Assembly: GCA_963772265.1 (NCBI GenBank)
Contig: CAVYWS010000007.1
Location: 9,662-73,661, forward strand
Length of the DNA: 64,000 bases
Direction of reading: 5' to 3'
DNA from: an uncultured Solirubrobacterales bacterium
Lineage (GTDB): Bacteria > Actinomycetota > Thermoleophilia > Solirubrobacterales > 70-9
Shown piece after piece: positions 30,012 through 40,581 of the stretch (positions within the stretch are counted from its first letter, which is position 1; each line of letters opens with the position of its first letter). The notes under the pieces are model-generated. The model saw only the letters and a program-made list of their open reading frames with translations. It made no database searches and had not been told where the DNA came from. The position numbers and the translations under genes are program-made.

Positions 30012-31156
30012 GCGTCCGGCGGCTGCCGGCCCGAACGCTGGTCGTCCTGGTGGCGGCCCTGAGCCTGGCGGCCGCCCTGGCCTCCCCGGCTCAGGCCCTG
30101 CGCCTGCACAAGGTCGCCGGCTTTGACCAGCCCGCATATCTGACCGCGCCGCGGGGCGACCGCCGCGACCTGTTCGTGGTCGAGCGGGCGGGCCGGATCG
30201 AGATCGTCCGCGACGGGCGCAAGCTGCGCCGCCCCTTTCTCGACATCCGCGGCCTGGTCGACCTCGACTTCCCCAACAACCAGTTCCGCGACCAGGGCGG
30301 GCTGGTCTCACTCGCCTTCGCGCCCGACTACCGCCGCAGCGGGCGCTTCTACGTCTTCTACTCGCACCGCGACGGGACCCTCCACGTCGACGAGTTCCGG
30401 CGCGCCGGCGGGTCGCGGCTGCGGGCCGCCCGCTCCAGCCGCCGCACCGTGATCGCGATCCCCCGCCTCGGCCGCCGCACCGACCTCGGCGGCGACCTCG
30501 GGTTCGGCCCCGACGGCTATCTCTATGTCGGATTCGGCCAGGGAAGGCACCCCGACTCGGCCCAGGACCTGGGAGCGCTGACCGGCAAGATCCTGCGCAT
30601 CGACCCGCGCCCGCTGCCGGGGGCACCGTACGGAGTGCCGGCCGACAACCCGTTCGTCAACCTGCCGGGCGCCCGGCCCGAGATCTTCGCCTACGGCCTG
30701 CGGATGCCGTGGCGCTTCTCCTTCGACCCGCAGAGCGGGGACCTGATCGTCGGCGAGGTCGGCGAGGAGAGATTCGAGGAGGTCGACGTCCTCGCCCCGG
30801 CCGATGCCGGCGCCAACCTCGGCTGGCCGTTCTACGAGGGCCGCCACCAGGACGAGCCCGGCGGGCCCGGCGGGGTCACCTTTCCGGCGCTGGCCAAGCC
30901 GCACTCCAAGGGCTTCTGCGCGATCGTCGGCGGCTATCTGCTCCGTGGCCGGCGCCTGCCGTCGCTGCGCGACCGCTACCTCTACGGCGACGTCTGCACC
31001 GGCCGGCTTCGCTCGGTGCGCCTCGGGGCCGGGGGCGCCGAGGCCGACCGCTCCGAGCACCTCAGCGTCCCCTACCTGGACTCGTTCGGCCGCGACGGGC
31101 GCGGGCGCCTCTACGCCGTCAGCCTCGACGGGCCTGTCTTCCGGATCTCCGGCTAG
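30008..31156 (+). CDS. secreted PQQ-dependent sugar (glucose/sorbosone) dehydrogenase-like beta-propeller
   Basis: Signal peptide, then GLVSLAFAPDY, LGFGPDGYLYVGFG, GKILRIDP, YGLRMPWRFSFD and GANLGWPFYEG. Confidence 0.65.
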   Translation: MSVRRLPARTLVVLVAALSLAAALASPAQALRLHKVAGFDQPAYLTAPRGDRRDLFVVERAGRIEIVRDGRKLRRPFLDIRGLVDLDFPNNQFRDQGGLVSLAFAPDYRRSGRFYVFYSHRDGTLHVDEFRRAGGSRLRAARSSRRTVIAIPRLGRRTDLGGDLGFGPDGYLYVGFGQGRHPDSAQDLGALTGKILRIDPRPLPGAPYGVPADNPFVNLPGARPEIFAYGLRMPWRFSFDPQSGDLIVGEVGEERFEEVDVLAPADAGANLGWPFYEGRHQDEPGGPGGVTFPALAKPHSKGFCAIVGGYLLRGRRLPSLRDRYLYGDVCTGRLRSVRLGAGGAEADRSEHLSVPYLDSFGRDGRGRLYAVSLDGPVFRISG

Positions 31157-31587
31157 AACGCCGAGCTCGTCCCCGCCGCCCGCAGGGCGAGCAGGAAGAT
31201 CACGATGCAGCTCACGGTCATGATCCCCATCTCGCGGCGCACGATCGCCAGGGCGATTCCGCGCTGGCGCTCGGCGGGCAGGGTCTCGAACTCCAGGTCG
31301 CCGATCTCGCGGTCGGCGGCGCCGGTCCGGGCCGCCTCGGCGAGCAGCGAGACCGGAAGCGGCAGAAAGCCGTAGACGTAATGAAGCCCGTCGGCGGCCT
31401 CGTGGCCGGTGACGACGAGCAGCGCGCCGAGCATCACCTGCACGAAGACCGAGACCTGGGCCGCGCGCAGCAGATACCAGAAGGCGATCGAAGCCCGGTC
31501 GCGAATCCAGGCAACCCCGCCCCATCCGGCCGCCAGGAGGTTCAGCGCGAGCAGCGCGACGGCGGCGACGAGGTGCACCTCAGACAT
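31153..31587 (-). CDS. hypothetical 4-TM membrane protein
   Basis: Hydrophobic segments only; no motif recognised. Confidence 0.4.
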   Translation of the reverse strand: MSEVHLVAAVALLALNLLAAGWGGVAWIRDRASIAFWYLLRAAQVSVFVQVMLGALLVVTGHEAADGLHYVYGFLPLPVSLLAEAARTGAADREIGDLEFETLPAERQRGIALAIVRREMGIMTVSCIVIFLLALRAAGTSSAF

Positions 31588-31667
31588 CGCCGCAAATCCG
31601 CCCGAAGGGGTCGGAAATCCGCTCTCTGATGCGGAAAATCACTATGTAGCAATGTCGCACAAAGTGG

Positions 31668-32057
31668 TTGTATAACCCGTTCGACGTGCTGCGCAGCTAC
31701 CTCCCCATCCTGGTATTCGCCGCGCTGGGCGCCGGGGTCGGAGGAGCGTTCGTAATGCTCAACCACGTCCTCGGCCCGCGGCGCGGGAAGGGCGAGGCGA
31801 CCCGGGTCCAGCACGAGGCCTACGAGTGCGGCCTGCCGAGCGAGGTCTCGCGCACCTTCCGCTTCGGGATCAGCTTCTACCTGATCGCGATGCTGTTCAT
31901 CCTCTTTGACATCGAGGTGATCTTCCTCTACCCGGTGGGGGTGATCCTCAAGGCTGCGGACTCCGTCTTCGTCCTGGTCGAGGTGCTGATCTTCGTCGCC
32001 CTGCTCGGCGTGGCGCTGATCTACGTCTGGCGGCGGGGGGCACTCGATTGGAGATAG
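31668..32057 (+). CDS. nuoA: NADH-quinone oxidoreductase subunit A
   Basis: HEAYECGLP and [23 protein letters not shown] start. Confidence 0.85.
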   Translation: MYNPFDVLRSYLPILVFAALGAGVGGAFVMLNHVLGPRRGKGEATRVQHEAYECGLPSEVSRTFRFGISFYLIAMLFILFDIEVIFLYPVGVILKAADSVFVLVEVLIFVALLGVALIYVWRRGALDWR

Positions 32058-32758
32058 AGCGGCGCAAGATCCGCGCCCTGGGACCCCTCGACCAACCGGC
32101 CGGGCCGGAGGAGCTTCGCGCCCGCCAGCTTCGCGCCCGCGACATGCTGCGCGGCGACATCGAGGGCGTGGACCTCGACCGATTCGTCGAGGAGCGGGTG
32201 ATGACCACGACCCTGGAGCGGGCGCTGAACATGGCTCGCGCCAACTCGCTCTTCCCGATGACCTTCGGGCTGGCCTGCTGCGCGATGGAGATGATCTCGA
32301 TGGTCACCTCGCGCTACGACATCGCCCGCTTCGGCGCCGAGGCGTTCCGGGCTTCGCCGCGGCAGGCCGACATGATCATCCTCTCGGGGCGGGTGTCGAT
32401 CAAGATGGCGCCGGTCGTCCGCCGCGTCTACGACCAGATGCTGGAGCCGAAGTGGGCGATCGCGATGGGCGCCTGCTCCTCGAGCGGCGGCATGTTCGCC
32501 AACTACGCGGTGGTCCAGGGAGCGGACAAGTTCATGCCGATCGACGTCCACATCCCCGGCTGCCCACCGCGGCCCGAGGCGCTGCTGCACGGCTTCAACA
32601 AGCTGCAGATGATGATCCAGGGCAACGCCGACCCCGGCTGGCGCAGGCGCTACAACGCGATCGGCACCGAGGAGTGGGCACGCGGCGGGCCCGACAGCAG
32701 GCCCAACCCCGAGGCGGCCGAGGCATACGAGCGGGCGCGGGAGCTGGCCGATGCCTGA
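32048..32758 (+). CDS. nuoB: NADH-quinone oxidoreductase subunit B
   Basis: [10 protein letters not shown] and [13 protein letters not shown]. The start (TTG 32048) is uncertain, but GC3 stays high from there. Confidence 0.85.
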   Translation: MEIERRKIRALGPLDQPAGPEELRARQLRARDMLRGDIEGVDLDRFVEERVMTTTLERALNMARANSLFPMTFGLACCAMEMISMVTSRYDIARFGAEAFRASPRQADMIILSGRVSIKMAPVVRRVYDQMLEPKWAIAMGACSSSGGMFANYAVVQGADKFMPIDVHIPGCPPRPEALLHGFNKLQMMIQGNADPGWRRRYNAIGTEEWARGGPDSRPNPEAAEAYERARELADA

Positions 32759-33299
32759 CGCGCCCGGCCTGGAGCTGATCCGCCAGGCGGTCGAAGAGAA
32801 GCACCCCGGCGCCGTCGTCGACACCTCCTTCGACCGCGGCCAGGCGGCCCTGATCGCCGACCCCGGGAAGGTCCTGGAGCTGCTGGGCTGGCTTCGCGAC
32901 ACCCCGGGCCAGGAGTACCGCTTCCTCTCCAGCCTGCACTGCGCCGACTACCTCCCCGCCAAGCCGCGCTTCGGCATCCACTACGAGCTGCTGAGCCGCG
33001 AGCGGGTCGAGCGGGTCCGGGTGAAGGCGATGCTCGCCGATCCCGCCGCCGGCAACGGGGCCGGCGAAGCGCGGCTGCCGCAGATCGCCTCCTGCGTGGA
33101 GCTGTTCCCGACCGCCGAGTTTCAGGAGCGCGAGGTCTATGACTTCTTCGGCATCGACTTCCGCGGCCATCCCGACCTGCGGCGCATCCTGCTGCCCGAG
33201 GACTACGTCGGCTGGCCGCTGCGGCGCGACTATCCGATCGGCGGCGAGCCGGTCCTGTTCACCAAGGACGAGCCGGGATCGACGGGGTGGTACGAGTGA
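32751..33299 (+). CDS. nuoC: NADH-quinone oxidoreductase subunit C
   Basis: [28 protein letters not shown]. Confidence 0.85.
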   Translation: MPDAPGLELIRQAVEEKHPGAVVDTSFDRGQAALIADPGKVLELLGWLRDTPGQEYRFLSSLHCADYLPAKPRFGIHYELLSRERVERVRVKAMLADPAAGNGAGEARLPQIASCVELFPTAEFQEREVYDFFGIDFRGHPDLRRILLPEDYVGWPLRRDYPIGGEPVLFTKDEPGSTGWYE

Positions 33300-34531
33300 G
33301 CACCGCCGAGCGCGAAGCCCTCGAGGCGACCGGGGCGACGGTCGAGCGGCAGCAGCTCGAGCCCGAGCATGAGCTGCTGACGATCAACATGGGCCCGCAT
33401 CACCCCGCGACGCACGGGGTGCTGCGGCTCGTCGTCCAGCTCCAGGGCGAGGTGGTGCGGGACCTGAAGCCGGTGGTCGGCTACCTGCACACCGGGATCG
33501 AGAAGTCCTGCGAGGACAAGTCCTACTGGAAGGTGATCCCGTTCGTCGAGCGCATGGACTACCTCTCCTACTACTTCAACATGGAGACCTTCTGCGGTGC
33601 GGTCGAGCGGCTGCTGGAGCTGGAGATCCCGCGGCGGGCCCAGTACCTGCGGGTGATCCACATGGAGCTGAACCGGATCCACTCGCATCTGGTCTGGCTC
33701 GGCACCTCCGGCCTCGACCTCGGGGCGGTCTCGATGCTCTGGTACTGCTTCCGCGAACGAGACCGGATCCTCGACCTGTTCGAGATGTCGTCCGGCCAGC
33801 GCATGCACACCCGCTACTTCCAGGTCGGGGGAGTGATCGAGGACATCCCGGTCGACTTCGCCTCGAAGCTCCGCGACTTCGTCGACGAGATGCCGTCCCG
33901 GGTCGACCAGTACGAAGCGATCCTCGACCGCAACGAGATCTTCCTGCACCGCACCAAGGGGGTCGGGATCGTGCCCCGCGAGCGGCTGCTGGAGCTCGGC
34001 GTGACCGGGCCGCTGCTGCGCGCCGCGGGCGAGCCCTGGGACCTGCGCAAGGCCTTCGACTACCTCGCCTATCCCGAGCTCGACTTCCGGATTCCGGTCG
34101 GCACCGTGGGCGACGGATACGACCGCTACCGGGTCCGCATGGCCGAGATCCGCGAGTCGACCGAGATCATCCGCCAAGCCCTGGAGGGGCTGCCCGAGGG
34201 GCCGCACATCGCCGACGACCGCAAGTTCGTGCTGCCGCCCCGCTCCGAGCTCTCGACCTCGATGGAGGCGCTGATCCACCACTTCAAGCTGGTCACCGAG
34301 GGCTACCGGGTGCCGGCGGGGGAGGTCTACTACGCGGTCGAGGGCCCACGCGGCGAGCTCGGCTGCTACGTGCTCGCAGACGGCTCGGCCAAGCCCGCCC
34401 GGGTCCACATCCGCGACTCCTCGTTCGTGAACCTGCAGTCGCTGCGCGACATGTGCATCGGCGGATACCTCGCCGACCTGATCCAGAACCTGGCGATGCT
34501 CGACCCGATCCTCGGGGGGGTCGACCGGTGA
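33296..34531 (+). CDS. nuoD: NADH-quinone oxidoreductase subunit D
   Basis: NMGPHHPATHGVLRL. GTG 33296 overlaps the nuoC TGA; GTG 33287 is an alternative start. Confidence 0.9.
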   Translation: MSTAEREALEATGATVERQQLEPEHELLTINMGPHHPATHGVLRLVVQLQGEVVRDLKPVVGYLHTGIEKSCEDKSYWKVIPFVERMDYLSYYFNMETFCGAVERLLELEIPRRAQYLRVIHMELNRIHSHLVWLGTSGLDLGAVSMLWYCFRERDRILDLFEMSSGQRMHTRYFQVGGVIEDIPVDFASKLRDFVDEMPSRVDQYEAILDRNEIFLHRTKGVGIVPRERLLELGVTGPLLRAAGEPWDLRKAFDYLAYPELDFRIPVGTVGDGYDRYRVRMAEIRESTEIIRQALEGLPEGPHIADDRKFVLPPRSELSTSMEALIHHFKLVTEGYRVPAGEVYYAVEGPRGELGCYVLADGSAKPARVHIRDSSFVNLQSLRDMCIGGYLADLIQNLAMLDPILGGVDR

Positions 34532-34592
34532 TTCCAGCGTCGAGCAGAGCGAGCGCCGCGAGCAAGTCCGAGGCGAGAGGCTGGTGGGGTTT

Positions 34593-35267
34593 ATGAGTGG
34601 CGGCCTGCCGCTCGATCCCGCCCTGGTCGAGGGACGCCGGGCGGACCGCTCCGCCGAGGAGGTCCCGGAGCTGCACGAGACCGGCTGCCCCGACGAGCTG
34701 CGTGAACGGATCGAGGAGCTGATGTCGCGCTATCCCGACCGCCGCTCGGCCTCGATCCCCGCCCTCTGGGCGGTGCAGGAGCGCTACGGATGGTGCTCGC
34801 CGGAGGGCATCAGGCAGGCGGCGGCGGTGATGCGGGTGACCCCGGCCTACCTGGAGTCCGTGGCGAGCTTCTACGACCTCTTCTTCACCGAGCCCGTGGG
34901 CCGCCACAAGATGCTCGTCTGCAGCAGCCTCTCCTGCTGGATGCGGGGTGGCGACGGGCTGCTCGAGGCCTTCTGCGAGGCCGCCGGGTGCGACCGCGCC
35001 GGGGCGGAGGCGGGTGGCTCGAGCTCCGAGGACGGCGAGCTCTATGTGACCAGCTTCGGATGTCTCGGGGGTTGCGAGCTGGCGCCGATGGCATCGATCG
35101 ACGGGCGTTACTTCGGGCCGCTCAGCGCCGACGACGCCAACGAGGCGGTGCAGCAGCTGCTCAGCGGCTCCGAGGTGCTGCCGGAGAAGGCTCTGGCCAA
35201 GCGCGGCGCCGCCGGGGGCCCCGAGCCCGATCCAGACCCGCGGATTGCGAAGGCGGAGGGCTCCTGA
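34593..35267 (+). CDS. nuoE: NADH-quinone oxidoreductase subunit E
   Basis: MLVCSSLSCWMRG...TSFGCLGGCELAP (2Fe-2S Cys ligands). An alternative GTG start is at 34584. Confidence 0.85.
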   Translation: MSGGLPLDPALVEGRRADRSAEEVPELHETGCPDELRERIEELMSRYPDRRSASIPALWAVQERYGWCSPEGIRQAAAVMRVTPAYLESVASFYDLFFTEPVGRHKMLVCSSLSCWMRGGDGLLEAFCEAAGCDRAGAEAGGSSSEDGELYVTSFGCLGGCELAPMASIDGRYFGPLSADDANEAVQQLLSGSEVLPEKALAKRGAAGGPEPDPDPRIAKAEGS

Positions 35268-36583
35268 TGCCCGAGACACGGCTGCTGTTCCGCCACATCG
35301 ACGAGCCGGGGCTGAACACGATCGACGTCTACCGCAGATTCGGCGGATACAAGACGCTCGAGCGTGCCTACCGGGAGATGGAGGCCGACGAGGTCCTCTC
35401 CGAGCTCGAGGACTCGGGCCTGCGCGGCCGCGGCGGCGCCGGCTTCTCGATGGGCAAGAAGGCCTCTTTCCTGCCCCGCGGGGGCGAGCTGGCCAAGTAC
35501 CTCTGCTGCAACGCCGACGAGTCCGAGCCGGGGGCGTTCAAGGACCGCGAGCTGATCCAGAAGAACCCGCACCAGCTGATCGAGGGGATCGCGATCGCAT
35601 CGCTTGCGGCGGGCATCAGCCACGCCTTCGTCTTCATCCGCGGCGAGTACGACCTGCAGGGCGACATCCTCGACGCCGCCGTCGCCGAGGCCTACGATGC
35701 CGGCTATCTCGGCGAGAACATCCTCGGCAGCCGCTGCGACCTCGAGCTGGTCGTCCACCGTGGTGCCGGCGCATATATCTGCGGCGAGGAGACGGCGCTG
35801 CTCGACGCGCTGGAGGGAAAGCGCGGCAACCCGCGGCTGAAGCCGCCGTTCCCGGCCGTGCAGGGACTCTACGGCGGGCCGACTCTGATCAACAACGTCG
35901 AGACCCTCGCCAACGTGCCGCACATCGTCGGCAACGGCGCCGACTGGTTCAAGAGCTTCGGCACAGAGCAGTCGCCGGGAACCAAGGTCGTCTCGGTTTC
36001 GGGCTGCGTGCAGCGGCCCGGCAACTACGAAATCGAGCTGGGGATCCCGACCCGGGAGCTGATCTACGACCTCGCGGGTGGGCCGGAGGAGGGACACGAG
36101 GTGAAGGCCTTCTATCCCGGGGGCTCGTCTTCTCCGGTGCTTACCGCCGACGACCTCGACATTCCCTACAGCTTCGAGGCGATGGCCGACGCGGGCTCGA
36201 TGCTGGGCACCGCTTCGATCATCGTCGCCGACGAGCGCGTCTCGCTTCCGCACCTGACCTTGCGCAGCGCGAGCTTCTACCAGCACGAGTCGTGCGGCAA
36301 GTGCACCCCCTGCCGGGAGGGGACCAACTGGACGGTGAAGATGCTGGAGCGGGTCGCGAACGGAGAGGCCACCCCGATGGACCTGGACATCGTCAGCTCG
36401 GTCCAGGACAACATCATGGGCAACTGCCTCTGCGTCCTCGGCGACTCGATGGCGATGCCGGTCGGCTCCACGGTGAAGAAGTTCCGCAGGGAGTTCGAGG
36501 AGCTGCTCTACACCGAGGACACGGAGGTCGACCGGATCGGCGCCGTGGTCGGCTCGCCCGGTGAGATCGGGGCGATGCCGTGA
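35267..36583 (+). CDS. nuoF: NADH-quinone oxidoreductase subunit F
   Basis: GLRGRGGAGFSMGKK and ESCGKCTPCREG. The ATG overlaps the nuoE TGA. Confidence 0.9.
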   Translation: MPETRLLFRHIDEPGLNTIDVYRRFGGYKTLERAYREMEADEVLSELEDSGLRGRGGAGFSMGKKASFLPRGGELAKYLCCNADESEPGAFKDRELIQKNPHQLIEGIAIASLAAGISHAFVFIRGEYDLQGDILDAAVAEAYDAGYLGENILGSRCDLELVVHRGAGAYICGEETALLDALEGKRGNPRLKPPFPAVQGLYGGPTLINNVETLANVPHIVGNGADWFKSFGTEQSPGTKVVSVSGCVQRPGNYEIELGIPTRELIYDLAGGPEEGHEVKAFYPGGSSSPVLTADDLDIPYSFEAMADAGSMLGTASIIVADERVSLPHLTLRSASFYQHESCGKCTPCREGTNWTVKMLERVANGEATPMDLDIVSSVQDNIMGNCLCVLGDSMAMPVGSTVKKFRREFEELLYTEDTEVDRIGAVVGSPGEIGAMP

Positions 36584-36587
36584 GCGC

Positions 36588-36608
36588 GAGGCTCAAGAAG
36601 AGAGCCTC
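36588..36608 (+). other. intercistronic stem-loop between nuoF and nuoG
   Basis: GAGGCTC-aagaaga-GAGCCTC (7-bp stem), followed by gttct. It lies 30 nt upstream of the nuoG GTG. Confidence 0.3.
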
Positions 36609-36640
36609 GTTCTGGGCCGAGCGCGAACAGGAGAGAGCTT

Positions 36641-39029
36641 GTGAGTCCTGAGGCCAAGGACGTCACCCTGATCATCGACGGGCGCGAGGTCGTCGCTCCG
36701 GAGGGCGCGATGCTGGTCGACGCGGCCAAGCACGGCGACGTCGAGATCCCGGTCTTCTGTTACGAGCCGAAGCTCGGCGAGCCGGTCGGGGCCTGCCGGA
36801 TGTGCCTGGTCGAGATCGAGGGCACGCCGAAGCTTCAGACCGCCTGCTCGACCCCGGCGCGCGACGGGATGGTCGTCTACACCCAGACCGACCAGGTCAA
36901 GGAGGCGCAGAACGCGGTGGTCGAGTTCCTGCTCGTCAACCACCCGCTCGACTGCCCGGTCTGCGACAAGGGCGGCGAGTGCCCGCTGCAGGACATCTCG
37001 ATGGGCTGGGGCCCGGGGCGCAGCCGCTTCACCGATCCCAAGCGCCACTTCCAGAAGCCCCTGCCGCTGTCGCCGCTGATCGCGATCGACCGCGAGCGCT
37101 GCATCCTCTGCTACCGCTGCGTCCGCTTCAGCCAGGAGATCTCCGAGGACTCCCAGCTGCAGCTGCTGGAGCGCGGCAACCACACCTTCGTCGGCACCTA
37201 CGACGACCGGCCCTACGTCGCGCCGTTCCACGGCAACATCACCGAGCTCTGCCCGGTCGGGGCGCTGACCTCCTACACCTACCGCTTCCGCGCCCGGCCC
37301 TGGGACATCGAGCAGGGCGGCTCGGTCTGCACCCTCTGTCCGTCCCAGTGCAACGTCAGCTTCACCGTCCGCGACGAGCAGGTGAAGCGGGTGCTGGCCC
37401 GCGACAACCCCGAGGTCGACGACGGCTGGCTCTGCGACAAGGGCCGCTACTCGTTCGAGATGCTCGGCTCGGAGGAACGGATCACCGCACCGATGATCCG
37501 CGAGGGCGGCAACCTGCGCGAGGCGAGCTGGGCGGAGGCGATCGAGCGCGCCGCGGCCGGCCTGCGCGACGCCGGGGCCGGGAGCGCCGCCGTCGTCGGC
37601 GACGCCAGCAACGAGGAAGGCTTCCTGGTCCAGAGGATCCTCCGCAAGGCCCTGGGCTCCCCGCACCTGGACTCGCGTCCCGGCGGCGGCCCGGAGCGCG
37701 CGGCGCTGCTGGAGCTGGCACGGCCCGAGATCTCGGCCAAGGTACGCGACATCGACAGCGCCGACCTGCTTGTGGTGGTCGGCGCCGACCCGCTTCACTC
37801 CGCGCCGATCCTCGACCTGCGGATCCGCAAGGCGATCCGCCGCAACGGCGCCCGCCTGGCCCTGGCCACCGACCGTCCGACGGCGCTGGACGGCGGCGCG
37901 GTCGAAGCGCGGCGCTACGCGCCCGGAGCCGCCGCCGGGGCCGTGTCCGAGCTCAGCCTCGATGCCGGAGACGACGATCGCGTGGTGATCGTCTGGGGCT
38001 CGGGGATCGGCCGCGGCGATTCCGGCCCGGCGGCGCTCGTCCGCGCTGCTCGACCTCGCCCAGCGGCTCGGACTCGGCGAGCGCGAGGGCTCCGGGCTGC
38101 TCGAGGTCCCCGAGGTCAGCAACGCCCGCGGGCTGCGCGAGGTCGGGGTGCTGCCCGACGCGGGACCGGGACTGGCCGAGGCCGACGCCGGCCGCGGCGC
38201 CGAGGGCATCCGGGCGGCGCTCGAGGACGACGAGCTGCGGGGGCTGCTGCTGTTCGGCGCCGACCCCGTCCGCGACCACCCCGACTCCGAGGGCTGGAAG
38301 CGGGCGCTTCAGGCGGCCGACTTCATCGTCGCCTTTGCGATGTTCGAGGACGCCTCGGCGGCGCTCGCCGACGTGATCCTGCCGCTGCAGAGCCACGCCG
38401 AGAAGGAGGGCAGCGTCACCCATCCCGACGGACGCCTGCAGCGGGTGCGGCCCAACGTGATGGATCCCGGCCAGGTGCGGCCCGGCTGGGAGGTCCTCTG
38501 CGAGCTCTCCGCCGCCCTCGGCGAGGAGACCGGGTTCGGCTCGGTGCCCGACGTGCTCGCCGGGCTGGCGGCAGAGGCTGGGATCTACGGCGGGATCAGC
38601 GCCGAGGAGATCGGCGGCCGCGGCGTGCGCTGGCAGGAGCGCGAGCAGGCGTCGGCGCTGCCCGCCCCGCCGGGCGAGCGCAGCTCCGCCGCTCCGTCCC
38701 CGGCCGAGTCGCCCTCCGACGGCCGGCTGCTGCTCGGCACCTACCGCGACATCTGGGCCTCGCCGGTCACCGAGCTGAACCCGCCGCTTCACTTCCTCTC
38801 CCCCCGCCAGCGGGTCGAGCTTGCGCCCGCCGACGCCGAGCGCCTCGGCCTCGGCGACGGCGAGCGGGCGAAGGTCTCCCGCAACGGGACCAGCGTCGAC
38901 GCCATCGTCGCGATCCGCGAGCGGATCGCCGAGGGGGCCTGCTTCCTGGTCGAGGGCACCGCGGAGAACAACGCCAACGCGCTGCTCAACGGGGCGCCGG
39001 CGGCGGTCAAGGTGGAGAAGGCCGAGTGA
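36641..39029 (+). CDS. nuoG: NADH-quinone oxidoreductase subunit G; one frame break near 38030-38043
   Basis: CRMCLVEIEG, HPLDCPVCDKGGECPLQD and CILCYRCVRF in the first frame. After ...GRGDSGPAA, the sequence continues as ALLDLAQRLGLGEREGSGLLEVPEVSNARGL... to ...AAVKVEKAE* in the next frame. Confidence 0.85.
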
Positions 39030-40030
39030 TCCCGCTCGCCGACACGAGCTTCGCCGAGGCGACCTGGATCCTGGTCGTCAAGTCGGTGGTGATCTTCGCC
39101 GTCGCCTTCGGGGTCCTGCCGCTGCTGACCGTTCTCGAGCGCAAGCTGATCGGCCGCTTCCAGAACCGCTACGGGCCCAACCGGGTGGGGCCGTTCGGGA
39201 TCCTGCAGCCGCTCGCCGACGTCGGCAAGCTGGTCGGCAAGGAGCCGTTCCGTCCCCAGAACGCGGTCGCGACGCTCTACGTGATCGGCCCGGCGCTGAT
39301 GGTCCTCTCGGCGGTGCTGGCGCTGGCGATCATCCCCTTCGGCGACGTCAAGGACGGCGTCGGCTTCTACGGGATCGACGTCTCGATCGGGATCCTCTAC
39401 TTCTTCGCCGCCGGCGCGATCGGCTTCTACGGACTGCTGCTCGGCGGCTGGGCCTCGGGCTCGAAGTACAGCTTCCTCGGGGCGATGCGCTCCGCCGCGC
39501 AGCTGATCTCCTACGAGGTCTCGATGGGGCTGGCGCTGCTCGGGGTGATCATGATGGCCGGCTCGCTGTCGCTGGTCGACATCGTCCGCCAGCAGGGCAT
39601 CGACGGGATCTGGTTCGTGATTCCGCAGTTCGTCGGCTTTCTGATCTTCATGGCCGCCGGCTTCGCCGAGACCAACCGGGCGCCGTTCGACCTCGTCGAG
39701 GCCGACTCCGAGCTGGTCCAGGGCTACATGACCGAGTACGGGGGGATGCGGTTCGGCAGCTTCCTGCTGGTCGAGTACCTGGAGATGGCGGTGGTCTCGG
39801 GGATCGCCGCGGCGATGTTCCTCGGCGGCTGGATGGGCCCCGGCCCCGGCTTCCTCGACCCGATCTGGATGGTGCTGAAGATCTTCGTCCTGCTGGTCAT
39901 GTTCATCTGGGTGCGGGCGACGCTGCCGCGGCTGCGCTACGACCAGCTGATGGCGCTGGGCTGGAAGGTGCTGCTGCCGCTCGCCACCCTCAACGTCCTC
40001 GTCACCGCGGTCCTGGTGGTGGTGACGTGA
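39026..40030 (+). CDS. nuoH: NADH-quinone oxidoreductase subunit H
   Basis: LERKLIGRFQNRYGPNRVGPFGILQPLAD and ETNRAPFDLVEADSELVQGY. The GTG overlaps the nuoG TGA. Confidence 0.9.
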   Translation: MIPLADTSFAEATWILVVKSVVIFAVAFGVLPLLTVLERKLIGRFQNRYGPNRVGPFGILQPLADVGKLVGKEPFRPQNAVATLYVIGPALMVLSAVLALAIIPFGDVKDGVGFYGIDVSIGILYFFAAGAIGFYGLLLGGWASGSKYSFLGAMRSAAQLISYEVSMGLALLGVIMMAGSLSLVDIVRQQGIDGIWFVIPQFVGFLIFMAAGFAETNRAPFDLVEADSELVQGYMTEYGGMRFGSFLLVEYLEMAVVSGIAAAMFLGGWMGPGPGFLDPIWMVLKIFVLLVMFIWVRATLPRLRYDQLMALGWKVLLPLATLNVLVTAVLVVVT

Positions 40031-40572
40031 GCGAGGAGTTCCCCTACCTGCGCGACGACTCGGTGATCGAGGTCCAGCGCGGGCCCGAGCCGGGCGGGAT
40101 CGGCGGCGCCTACAGGGCCTTCGGCGAGACCCTGCGGGGGCTGAAGACGACCCTCGCCCGGGTGATCGAGGGCCCGATCACGGTCCAGTACCCGGAGGAG
40201 AAGACGCCGGTCTATCCGCGTTTCCGCGGCCGCCACAAGCTGCACCGATTCGAGGACACCGGCCTGGAGAAGTGCGTCGGCTGCTCGCTCTGCGCCGCCG
40301 CCTGCCCGGCCGACTGCATCCGCGTCGTCGCCGCCGAGAACGAGCCCGGGCACCGGGTCTCGGCCGGCGAGCGCTACGCCTCGGTCTACGAGATCAACCT
40401 CAGCCGCTGCATCTTCTGCGGCTACTGCGAGATCGCCTGCCCGTTCGACGCGATCACGATGGGCCACGACTACGAGATGTCGGACTACAACCGCTCCGAC
40501 CTGATCTTCACCAAGGAGATGCTGCTCGCCGAGTCGATCGAGCGCACGCCGCTGCGGAGGGAGGGCGAGTAG
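40027..40572 (+). CDS. nuoI: NADH-quinone oxidoreductase subunit I
   Basis: Two 4Fe-4S motifs, CVGCSLCAAACP and CIFCGYCEIACP. The GTG overlaps the nuoH TGA. Confidence 0.9.
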   Translation: MSEEFPYLRDDSVIEVQRGPEPGGIGGAYRAFGETLRGLKTTLARVIEGPITVQYPEEKTPVYPRFRGRHKLHRFEDTGLEKCVGCSLCAAACPADCIRVVAAENEPGHRVSAGERYASVYEINLSRCIFCGYCEIACPFDAITMGHDYEMSDYNRSDLIFTKEMLLAESIERTPLRREGE

Positions 40573-40581
40573 CTTGAGGCC

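Noticed and set aside
36641-40030. 1129-aa ORF suggesting a NuoG-NuoH fusion.
   Set aside because: After about 38035 the frame is Arg/Pro/Gly noise until it happens to coincide with the nuoH frame. The real NuoG C-terminus is in the adjacent frame and stops at 39029, overlapping a GTG start for nuoH.
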